Shown: positions 38,553 through 46,994 of the stretch, piece by piece
Numbering within the stretch: the stretch's first letter is position 1
Layout: each line of letters opens with the position of its first letter
NCBI GenBank assembly: GCA_965261085.1
Contig: OZ253442.1
Span: 1-64,000 of the forward strand
Direction: 5' to 3'
Source: a bacterium
Lineage (GTDB): Bacteria > UBA8248
Length of the DNA stretch: 64,000 nucleotides
Position numbers and translations under genes: made by a program
The notes under the pieces: model-generated
Databases searched by the model: none
Seen by the model: the letters and a program-made list of their open reading frames with translations, nothing else
What the model was told of the DNA's origin: nothing

Positions 38553-39040
38553 TGAAAGAACTCCCTCGCAATGTCTTCTGTTGGCTTACGGCAACACGAT
38601 TATCGACCATCAACTATCCCGAGTCGTTTTCCGTCCTCCTCATCAGCGAAGTGTCGTCAAGGAACGGGAATGTCCTTTCGATGCGGGTCGCGCTCAAGTC
38701 GGCGACAAGTGGAATCGTCCCCACCACGGACGCAACAGAAACCCAACGTTCATCGTAGCGTGTCGCATGCTCTTTATGAGCTTGTTCATAATTTCAATAT
38801 ACGAGCAACTCTTGAATGTTGCAACAAGATTGAAATTCGACCTTTCTCGTGAGGCGGGCCGTTGCGCTCTGAGACCTACTTGCTTAGAGAGAACAAGAGA
38901 AGGGAGACTCAGCATCGAAACGCAGTGTGACCTACGTGAAAAACCAAAGACCACATCTAATAATGAAGAAAACTTTCCCCAGCAAATGACGAATGCACGA
39001 ACAGATGAGAAGAGAATCGAGTGTCTGTTTTAGTGGCTGT

Positions 39041-39080
39041 TACAGGGACATACAGGGATATACGAAGACGCACAGGGAGC
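39041..39080. repeat. Four degenerate tandem 10-mers (TACAGGGACA)
   Basis: TACAGGGACA TACAGGGATA TACGAAGACG CACAGGGAGC, 60 bp from the tRNA-Arg 3' end. Confidence 0.55.
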
Positions 39081-39139
39081 AAATTCAAAATATCCAGATC
39101 GCTGCTATCTGGTTGATTTTATTTTCCCTGATTTTCAGA

Positions 39140-39216
39140 TGGCACGCCCGGTAGGACTCGAACCTACAACCTTCGGATCCGAAGTCCGACGCTCTATCCA
39201 ATTGAGCTACGGGCGC
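39140..39216 (-). tRNA. tRNA-Arg(TCG)
   Basis: GCGCCCG...TCGGA-CT-TCG-GA-TCCGA...GCCA. Confidence 0.96.
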
Positions 39217-39273
39217 GTGATATCCGTTGGTCTTGTTCGGAAGACAGGTTCCGCTCAAGAATGTGTAAACGTA

Positions 39274-39350
39274 TGGGGTGAGTGAGGGGACTTGAACCCC
39301 CGACCTCCGGGGCCACAACCCGGCGCTCTAACCACTGAGCTACACCCACC
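39274..39350 (-). tRNA. tRNA-His(GTG), G-1 encoded
   Basis: CCGGG-TT-GTG-GC-CCCGG anticodon arm; C73 discriminator; CCA. Confidence 0.96.
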
Positions 39351-39423
39351 ATGCCTCCACCCGCCTCGCCTGCGCGTGTGGCCACGCATCCGGCGAGAGG
39401 AGCAACGCAATTACCCCAAAAAA

Positions 39424-39500
<77 letters not shown>

Positions 39501-39863
39501 CCACCTCGGCGACTTTCCCGTGGCAACCCACTCGCAGGCACCGATTTTCCGCTCAAAAGGCAAGAGAAAATATCACAAATCGAGATCGTCAACAACGCCT
39601 AGATCAGGAAGACCCATCCTGCGCGAGAAGTCACGATGGAAAAAGGATGGCTTGGCGCTCAGGCCAGGACAGGAAGATGACCTGGAGCGATTACGCGGAC
39701 ACGCGAACCCGGTAACGCACGCATGGGGCCTTTCGGCCCCGCCCAGCGAGCGCCCCTCTTCTCCCCAAATTTTTGTATTGAGCGTTTTAGTATAAGGAAA
39801 CCGCCGGAAATGTCCAGTGCCGCCGGGCAATGGCCACTATCCCAGGCGGGCGCAGCAAAAAAT

Positions 39864-40757
39864 CTACTCTCCCTCGAAGGGTTTTCTGCGCACCCTGCCC
39901 TCGCCCACCAGGGCCGCCTTCATGAGGAGAACCAGGGTGTTGGTTCTGGGGATGAGGTGGATGAAGCGATCGAGTTTCTGATCGATCACGTCGATTTCGC
40001 TCTCAGAAAGTCCGAGCGCCGCCACACGCTCCCTGCTCAAATCGACGGCGAAGGGAAACTCCTGTGCGGCGGCCGCCGCAGCTCCTTGCGCCTGGGTGAC
40101 GGTAATCCGGTACCCCGCCTTCGCCATCTCTTCTTTGAGAAACGGCCACACCCGCTCCAGAAAGGCGGGATGATGCCCCAGAGCGCGCCAAACGCTGCCC
40201 AGCCCCCCGGTCGTCTCGCGAATCTCTTCATACAGAGCACCCAAAGAAGCATCGACGGCGGCCGGGTCCACCAGACTTTCTCCACGCATCGAGGAGGGCG
40301 GACCCTTTGGCAACTCATCGGTGTCGGATTCTGCGCCGGGGCGGACGCCACCTATCTTCATGCCGTTGAGCGCGCCCTTCAAGGCGGCGGCGAGAATGAG
40401 GTTTTTGGGATTCGCGTCATTGTATATGTCCAGGACGCCGTCGACCGCGCCGATATCCTCAGGCCTGTAGTCGAAATTATCTTCTAATTCTTCGCCCACG
40501 TCGGGCACGTCGGGCGGCATGGGCGGGGCCATCCGCATCCTGAGGTTATCCGCGCAGCGCTCGAAATAAGCGATCGATGCATTGGGCCTGAGCGCATCCC
40601 AGGCCGCGGAAAAGTATTGTTCATGAACGGCCAGGGTGCGATAGATGAGGTTCACCTGCGTGCTGCGGAGCACCTGACGCATGTCTTCATAGATCGCCGC
40701 AACCTTCCCGGTGGCGCGATCTTCGGTGATTTCATCCAGGGCGATGGGTTTCATCAT
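39864..40757 (-). CDS. DehI family (group I haloacid dehalogenase-like) protein
   Basis: Internal duplication of E..A.G....IYE.IR...V...R.LA..P.F...W..L.P; GGGG RBS region before MMKP. Confidence 0.72.
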   Translation of the reverse strand: MMKPIALDEITEDRATGKVAAIYEDMRQVLRSTQVNLIYRTLAVHEQYFSAAWDALRPNASIAYFERCADNLRMRMAPPMPPDVPDVGEELEDNFDYRPEDIGAVDGVLDIYNDANPKNLILAAALKGALNGMKIGGVRPGAESDTDELPKGPPSSMRGESLVDPAAVDASLGALYEEIRETTGGLGSVWRALGHHPAFLERVWPFLKEEMAKAGYRITVTQAQGAAAAAAQEFPFAVDLSRERVAALGLSESEIDVIDQKLDRFIHLIPRTNTLVLLMKAALVGEGRVRRKPFEGE

Positions 40758-40898
40758 TCCCCCTTCGAGGCCCGAAAGGCAAAAGCGAAAAAGCGGCCCG
40801 GCGAGGCGCCGCGCGAATCGCCCAGAGTATATGGGTGGTTGTCGGATGGAAACAAGCCAGTTTCGTTCCAGAAGCCCATCTGTGTGCAATAAAAACCC

Positions 40899-40962
40899 TT
40901 GACATAAAAGTTGAATGGCAATATATTTGATTCAGTCAAATATTGATGCCCTCATATTTGAC
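40899..40962 (+). promoter_or_regulatory. Sigma70 promoter with overlapping palindromic operator (probably MarR)
   Basis: TTGACA (40899), 17-bp spacer, TATATT (40922); ATATTTGA-N5-TCAAATAT overlaps the -10; extra half site ATATTTGAC at 40954. Confidence 0.8.
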
Positions 40963-41064
40963 GAGGATTAAACAAGAACCATCAGACGAAATGCCCGGGA
41001 AACATCGAGGCTGCGCCTCCAAAACCCGGGCCACGAAATCCGGGAAAGACGGCACAGGGGAGTC

Positions 41065-41559
41065 ATGAATAAAATGGACATCACGCCGCAAGCCTGTTGC
41101 GAAGGGGCAGCACTCGAGACCCACGGCCTCGGCGCGCGTCTTCACGTAGCGCTCGATAATCTCTTTCATCAGAAAAAACCCGCCGACAGAGAGGCGGTGT
41201 GCCGCCACGACATCACCAACAACCAGTGGACGCTCCTTCACATGCTCGCCCATGCGGAAACGGGGCCCCTGCCCATGGGGGTGATCGCCAGGCGAATGCG
41301 CCTCACCCCGAGCGGCGTGACGCGCTGCGCGGACCCACTCGTCGATAGCGGGCTCATCGAGCGCTGCATGAAAGAAGGAGACCGCCGCGTGTGCTGCCTG
41401 GGATTGAGCGAGGCGGGCGCCGCGCTCCACGGGACCATATCGGAAGGCTGCGCGCTCGAGGACGGCGCGCTTCTGGACGCTTTCTCCCCCGAGGAGCAAG
41501 AAGAGATCGTCCGCGCGATAGAAAAACTCGCGCGCGCCGCCAAGGAGTCCTCGTCATGA
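41065..41559 (+). CDS. Cys-rich MarR family transcriptional regulator
   Basis: IT..QW..L, TR..D.LV..GLIER and DRRVCC motifs; 8 Cys. Confidence 0.88.
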   Translation: MNKMDITPQACCEGAALETHGLGARLHVALDNLFHQKKPADREAVCRHDITNNQWTLLHMLAHAETGPLPMGVIARRMRLTPSGVTRCADPLVDSGLIERCMKEGDRRVCCLGLSEAGAALHGTISEGCALEDGALLDAFSPEEQEEIVRAIEKLARAAKESSS

Positions 41560-42653
41560 TCACCGAAGCGAAAACAGTCCAGGCGGTTGATAACGCTACA
41601 CCGCCCGCGGACGAGGCCTCCTGCTGTGCGCCCAAGCCGAAATCCAGATGGACCTCCCCCTACCTGTGGGGTTTCATCTCGATAGGCGCTCTGCTGCTGC
41701 TCATTCTGTGGGCGGGGGCGGGCCGGGAGATTTCCGCCGGCCTCATCACCGCCGAGATCAAGCGAAACCTCCTCTTCATGCTGAAGAGCTTCTGGGGCAT
41801 TGCGCCCTTTTTTCTCTTGAGTGTGGGGGTCTCGGCCTGGGTCACCGTCGCCGGATACGCGGATAAAATAAAAGCGGTGTTCAGCAAGCGCCAGGGTCTC
41901 GCCATCGGCGGCGCGGCGGGGGTGGGCGCGGTGGTTCCTTTTTGCTCTTGCGGCGTGATTCCCCTGATCGCCGCCATGCTCGCAAGCGGCGTACCCCTGG
42001 GTCCCGTAATGGCCTTCTGGATAAGCTCGCCCCTGATGAGCCCCGAGAAATTCGTGCTGACCGCAGGCGTTCTGGGGACGGATTACGCCTTCGCGCGGCT
42101 CATCAGCGCCATCGTCCTGGGAGCGGGCGCCGGATACGCCACATATCTCATCGGGCGCGGCGGAAGGCTCGATGGTCAACTCAGGGCCACCATCGCGCCG
42201 AGTGCGCCCAAAGCCCACGATGAGAACCGAATAAAGGGGCCGTCTTTGAGCGGCTTCACCGCCCAGGCGTGGAGCGTGGGCTTTTATCTCTCCAAGTGGC
42301 TGGCCGTGGCGTTTTTCTTAGAAGCGCTGATCGTCCACTACGTCGACCCGGCGTGGATAGGCGCGATACTCGGGGCGGATAACCCCTGGTCGATTCCCCT
42401 GGCGAGCGCGGTGGGCATCCCGCTCTACACCTCGGGCGTCGCCGCCATCCCCATCACCAAGGGGCTCCTCGCCGCAGGCATGGGCAGCGGTGCGGCCATG
42501 GCCTTTCTCATCGCGGGTCCCGCCACGTGCATACCCGCCATGGCCGGCGTGTGGGCGCTGGTGAAGCGAAAAATCTTCGCCATCTACCTCGCCACCGGCA
42601 TCCTGGGGTCACTGGTTGCGGGATACGCATTTCAGCTTCTCATCCGGCCATAA
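41556..42653 (+). CDS. ArsP/DUF318 family permease
   Basis: PFCSCGVIP, MAFWISSPL, GIPLY and AFLIAGP motifs; ATGA overlap with marR. Confidence 0.85.
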   Translation: MITEAKTVQAVDNATPPADEASCCAPKPKSRWTSPYLWGFISIGALLLLILWAGAGREISAGLITAEIKRNLLFMLKSFWGIAPFFLLSVGVSAWVTVAGYADKIKAVFSKRQGLAIGGAAGVGAVVPFCSCGVIPLIAAMLASGVPLGPVMAFWISSPLMSPEKFVLTAGVLGTDYAFARLISAIVLGAGAGYATYLIGRGGRLDGQLRATIAPSAPKAHDENRIKGPSLSGFTAQAWSVGFYLSKWLAVAFFLEALIVHYVDPAWIGAILGADNPWSIPLASAVGIPLYTSGVAAIPITKGLLAAGMGSGAAMAFLIAGPATCIPAMAGVWALVKRKIFAIYLATGILGSLVAGYAFQLLIRP

Positions 42654-42682
42654 GGCTTAAGGCCGCTCATCGGTGATATCCT

Positions 42683-42721
42683 GCCCGGCGCCTGTTTTCC
42701 ACCTCAGGCGCCGGGCTTTTC
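42683..42721 (+). terminator. Intrinsic terminator
   Basis: GCCCGGCGCCTG / CAGGCGCCGGGC stem followed by TTTT. Confidence 0.8.
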
Positions 42722-42879
42722 TGGTTCCTGAACCTGGAGTTTGCGGGACGACATCCGCTTCAGCCTATAATCGTTTCCCGAAAGACGCCCGGCCCCTCGA
42801 CAAGATGCGCGCCCAGTCGTAATCTCCCGTAAAATTCTACAAATACCCTCATACCGGAAACACACGGGAGACATATTAC

Positions 42880-43737
42880 ATGCCGATATCCCCTCACGCC
42901 GCCGAATACGCAGAACCCAGCCGCATGCGCGTGGGCTACGTCATCACCACGCCCGAGGTGCGCTCGCCCCTGATGCCGGGCGTGCGCGGGGATTTCGGTG
43001 AGAACCTCGCCGTGCTGAAAGAACTGGGCTACGACACGCTCGAAGTCGCCATGCGCGACCCAGGCGACCCCGACGCGCAGGGGGTGGAGGCGGAAATCGC
43101 CCGCTCGGGCCTCTCGGTGACGATGATAGGCTCGGCCCCCAGCGAGCTTCAGGACGGGGTGGTGATGTGCCACCCCGACGCGCAAATCCGCGAGGTGGGC
43201 GACGCCCGTCTGCGCGCCCTCATCGATGCGGGCGAGAAACTGGGCGCGCTCGGCGTGAACATCGGCCGGTTTCGCGGCACGTGCATTCCCGGCGAGATGT
43301 GGGAGACCTCGAACGCCTGGATGCGCGACGCCATGCGCGCGGGTGCGGACTACGCCGCAAAGCGCGGCATGAAAATCTACATCGAGCCCTACAACCGCTA
43401 CGAGACGAACTTCATCAACACCGTGCGCCAGGGGATGGAATACGTGAAGGCCGAAAACCACGCGGGCCTCGCCCTGATGATAGACAGCTGCTGGATGAAT
43501 TCGGAGGACGCCTCCATACCCGGGGCCATCTTCGCCGCGCGCGAGTGGATAGAATACGTGCACGTGGCCGATTCCACGCGCGGCTATCCGGGTTCGGGCC
43601 ACATCCACTTCGGCGACTTCATCCGCGCGCTGAGGGAAATCGGCTACGAGGGCGTGCTCTCGGTGCAGATCGACCAGAAGCCCGCCTTCCGCATCGCTGC
43701 GGAGCGGAGCATCACGCTGCTCAGGTGTTATTTGTAG
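42880..43737 (+). CDS. Sugar phosphate isomerase/epimerase (xylose isomerase-like TIM barrel)
   Basis: EPYNRYETNFINT, HVADS.RGYPGSGH and GYEG.LS motifs. Confidence 0.88.
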   Translation: MPISPHAAEYAEPSRMRVGYVITTPEVRSPLMPGVRGDFGENLAVLKELGYDTLEVAMRDPGDPDAQGVEAEIARSGLSVTMIGSAPSELQDGVVMCHPDAQIREVGDARLRALIDAGEKLGALGVNIGRFRGTCIPGEMWETSNAWMRDAMRAGADYAAKRGMKIYIEPYNRYETNFINTVRQGMEYVKAENHAGLALMIDSCWMNSEDASIPGAIFAAREWIEYVHVADSTRGYPGSGHIHFGDFIRALREIGYEGVLSVQIDQKPAFRIAAERSITLLRCYL

Positions 43738-43768
43738 GGGCGGGTGATCGGGGCTCCACCAGTATAGT

Positions 43769-44086
43769 CTACATCGCGCGCGGCAATGCGGCCCGAGGCG
43801 GGAGACCCTCCCTCGTGGGCAGAAGGCGAATAGCATCGCCTGATTCCCCCTCGGCGCGGGCAAGTTCGAAATGCGCTTGCAGATTGAGCCAGAACTCGGG
43901 CTCGACGCCGAACCAGTGGCCCAAGCGCAGAGCCGTATCGCCGGTGATAGAGCGCTTGGCGTTGATGATCTGGCTCACACGGTTGGGTGGCACGCCAATC
44001 TGGCGCGAGAATTCCGTAGGCGTGATCCCGAGTTCCGCCAATTCGTCCTTCAATATCTCACCGGGGTGCACGGCTCGCTTCAACAT
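43769..44086 (-). CDS. higA: HigA family XRE antitoxin (orphan)
   Basis: HPGEIL.DEL, R.IT.DTALRL and FWLNLQ motifs. Confidence 0.88.
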   Translation of the reverse strand: MLKRAVHPGEILKDELAELGITPTEFSRQIGVPPNRVSQIINAKRSITGDTALRLGHWFGVEPEFWLNLQAHFELARAEGESGDAIRLLPTREGLPPRAALPRAM

Positions 44087-44127
44087 CTCATCTTCCCTCT
44101 CATGAATGATAGTCCACTATCTCGACC

Positions 44128-44592
44128 CTACTTCCCGCACTCCCCGCGCGCGAGCTTGGTGGCGATGTGGCCCGGAAAGGCGGGGAAGATCTCGATCACC
44201 CTCTTGTCTTTCACCTCGCGCACGACGACGGTGTGCGAGTACCTTCTGGACAGGAAAAACCCGGTGAGGCGAAAGCGGCCGAAGGACTGCCAGGTGAGGA
44301 TGAAGGGATAAGTGATGGATTTTTTCTTATTAAAAGGCCGCGAGATGCGAAGCTCCCCCTCGCCGCCGATGGGGTAGGCCAGTTTCTTGAACCCGCCCTT
44401 TTTCCGCTCCACGAGCCAGATAGCCAGATCCCGCTTTCCCTCGGGCAGCGTGATGCGCACCTTCTGCTCGACCTTGTAGCCGTTCAGGATCGTGTAGCTC
44501 ACTTCGCAGTTCAGCACTCTCTCCAAGTTCGTCTCGGCGCTTGCGCCGAGACACGAGGCGAGCAGCACGAAAACACAGATGATGCGCTTCAT
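44128..44592 (-). CDS. Hypothetical exported protein
   Basis: Signal peptide MKRIIC...ASA; GAGG RBS; GC3-rich coding pattern. Confidence 0.65.
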   Translation of the reverse strand: MKRIICVFVLLASCLGASAETNLERVLNCEVSYTILNGYKVEQKVRITLPEGKRDLAIWLVERKKGGFKKLAYPIGGEGELRISRPFNKKKSITYPFILTWQSFGRFRLTGFFLSRRYSHTVVVREVKDKRVIEIFPAFPGHIATKLARGECGK

Positions 44593-44721
44593 CCGAAAAC
44601 CTCAGGAATGGAAGGGTCGCATACGACGGCGAACGTATTATGGATGATTCGAGCAGGTGATTTCCAGCGGGGACGGTCGGAGGCGCTTCCATCAAACACG
44701 GAAAACTTATCCCCCCAACAA

Positions 44722-44755
44722 AAAACCGCCCCGAGCCGGAACCCGGGGCGGTTTT
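44722..44755 (-). terminator. Intrinsic terminator after the AhpD-like selenoprotein
   Basis: AAAACCGCCCCG / CGGGGCGGTTTT inverted repeat. Confidence 0.75.
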
Positions 44756-44770
44756 ATTCTGCGGCGTTAT

Positions 44771-45448
44771 TCAGCCGTTCCTGTTCGGATCCAGTGCGTC
44801 GGGTTCGGGGTATTCGTTCGGCCAGTGGTCCACCATCGTCTTGTAGTAGGTCTTGACCTTCCCGCCGTCGAGATGCAGGGATTTCTTGATCTTGTCGACC
44901 TCTCGCTGTTCTTCGAGCGGGATGCCGAGCGAATCCATGTAGCGGTTGAAGAGGTTGAAAAGCCCGCTCACCATCGTGAGTTCGACGATCTCGGCTTCCG
45001 AGAAATGCTTCCTCACCTCCTCGAACACGTCGTCTCTCGAACGCGCGGTGTTGAGCGTCACATGCTCCGCCCACAGGATGGCCGCCTTCTCGCGCGGGGT
45101 GAACAAATCCGATGCCATGTAGCCGTCCGTGCCGATGACTTCCACTTGTTCTACAGTGATGCCCGCCGCTTGACCAAGCGACGTGTTGTGCGTGTATCAG
45201 TAGGCGCACCCGTTGAGATGGCTCGTCTTGATGACCACCATCTCCTTTATCTTCGTCTTGAGCAGGCTGCCCCCGCCCTCGCGCTGGAGCGTCGCTATGA
45301 AGGGCAGCATGGCCTTGGCGACATGGGGGGTTTTGGCCAGCACCCGCATCGAATGCGGGACGCGGCCCAGCATGGCGGTGGTGGCCTCGTAGAAGCGGGC
45401 CACGTCGGCATCCGCCTCCTCGGGCTGAATCATCTCTATTCTGGACAT
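44771..45448 (-). CDS. AhpD/carboxymuconolactone decarboxylase-like selenoprotein (CxxU; UGA at 45197-45199 = Sec84)
   Basis: ORFs 45197..45472 and 44771..45145 are one frame: KEMVVIKTSHLNGCAY-UGA-YTHNTSLG...TPREKAAILWAEHVT. Hairpin CGUCGCUU-GGUC-AAGCGGCG follows the UGA. Confidence 0.88.
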
Positions 45449-45557
45449 ATCAGAACTCCCCTGTCTGCGCATCCAATAATAAAATAGACGCCTTGTTCAT
45501 CATCGGCTCCAGCCGCCGGGCGGCGGCGAACAGCCGAATCCTCATAAATTTTCCCCA

Positions 45558-46160
45558 TTATGACCCATCCGCCGCCTCCCGGGCCAGCCACGCGCGAAAC
45601 TCCGCGAGCGCGAGACCCCGGTGGCTGATGCGGTTTTTGAGGTCGAGCGGAAGCTCAGAAACGGCGCAGCCGTGCTCGGGCAGATACATGAGCGGGTCGT
45701 AGCCGAAACCGCCCTCCCCGCGCGGTGCGCGAAGTATCCGCCCGCCCAGCACACCCTCGAAAAAACCGAACCAACCGTCGGGCTTCACGTAGGCCAGTAC
45801 GCAGGCGTATCGCGCGCCACGCTCGGCTTCGGGTACTTCGCGCATTTTTTCGAGCAAGAGCGCGTTCCGCCCCGAATCGTCCAGCCCGTTTCCGCCGAAG
45901 CGCGCGGAGCGGACGCCCAATTCACCGGGCAGCGCATCCACCTCCACGCCCGAATCATCCGCGAGGGCGGGGAGGCGGCTCGCCTCGCATGCGGCCCGCG
46001 CCTTGATGAGCGCGTTTTCCGCGTAGGTGGAGCCGGTCTCTTCGACGTCGAATTCGATGCCCGCCTCATGTGGGAGCAGCAGTTCGACGCCCATGCCCAG
46101 GAGAGCGGCGCGCACCTCGCGCGCCTTTCCGGGATTTCCACTCGCGAGAACGATCTTCAT
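45558..46160 (-). CDS. rdgB: RdgB/HAM1 non-canonical purine NTP pyrophosphatase
   Basis: ASGNPGK, ENALIKA, ADDSG, GFGYDP and SHRG motifs; overlaps the rph stop. Confidence 0.95.
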   Translation of the reverse strand: MKIVLASGNPGKAREVRAALLGMGVELLLPHEAGIEFDVEETGSTYAENALIKARAACEASRLPALADDSGVEVDALPGELGVRSARFGGNGLDDSGRNALLLEKMREVPEAERGARYACVLAYVKPDGWFGFFEGVLGGRILRAPRGEGGFGYDPLMYLPEHGCAVSELPLDLKNRISHRGLALAEFRAWLAREAADGS

Positions 46161-46894
46161 TTCGCGCCGATATACGCGGCCTGAACTTCCAGAAGCTCCC
46201 CGATGCCTTTTTCCGCCAGGGCGATCAAGCGGTTCAGATCGCTTTTGCGAAACGGTGTCTGCTCGGCCGTTCCCTGAAGCTCCACGAAACGGCCCCCGGC
46301 GGTCATCGCGACGTTCATGTCCACCTCGGCGGTCGAGTCCTCCGAATAATTCAGATCCAGCATGGGGACGCCCCCGACCACGCCGACGCTCACGGCGGCT
46401 ACCGCCTCGCGGATGGGTGATTTGGCGATGCGCCCATCTGCGAGCATGGCGTTCACCGCGCGCGCCAGGGCCACGTAGCCTCCCGTGATGGCGGCGCACC
46501 GCGTTCCGCCGTCCGCCTGAATCACGTCGCAATCGATGTAAATCGTGATCCCCTCTATTTTCGAGAGGTCGACTATCGAGCGCATCGAACGCCCGATCAG
46601 GCGCTGTATCTCCTGGCTGCGGCCCGCGCGCGCGCGTTTTCTGTCCACGCGCCAGGGCGAGCTGCCCGGCAGCATGGCGTATTCCGCCGTCACCCATCCC
46701 TCGCCCGAATCGCGCTTGTGGGGCGGGACACGCTCCTCCACCGAGGCGGTGCACAAAACCCGGGTATCACCCACGGCGATGAGGCAACTCCCCGCGCAGG
46801 TTTTCACGTAATCGGCCTCGACGCTTACTTTTCGGTTCTCATCGTGAAGCCTCCCGTCCGCGCGCACCTCATCGCCCATTCCTTTCCTTGCCAT
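46157..46894 (-). CDS. rph: Ribonuclease PH
   Basis: GWVTAEYAMLP, EIQRLIGRS, QADGGTR and DMNV motifs. Confidence 0.97.
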   Translation of the reverse strand: MARKGMGDEVRADGRLHDENRKVSVEADYVKTCAGSCLIAVGDTRVLCTASVEERVPPHKRDSGEGWVTAEYAMLPGSSPWRVDRKRARAGRSQEIQRLIGRSMRSIVDLSKIEGITIYIDCDVIQADGGTRCAAITGGYVALARAVNAMLADGRIAKSPIREAVAAVSVGVVGGVPMLDLNYSEDSTAEVDMNVAMTAGGRFVELQGTAEQTPFRKSDLNRLIALAEKGIGELLEVQAAYIGAK

Positions 46895-46994
46895 GCTCTC
46901 TCCTATCGAAAATGAACCTCGCGTCCAAACGCAGGGGATACTACGGGGATTTCATAGGTAAATCCAGAGAAGAAGAGCCGGGCCGGCGAACGGG

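Noticed and set aside
38350-39033. 227-aa plus-strand ORF
   Set aside because: It overlaps the real gene antisense, has no recognisable motif and has atypical composition.
45197-45199. Nonsense pseudogene or two separate small genes
   Set aside because: The UGA falls exactly on the CxxC redox position with a SECIS-like hairpin behind it, and Sec-SelD is present.
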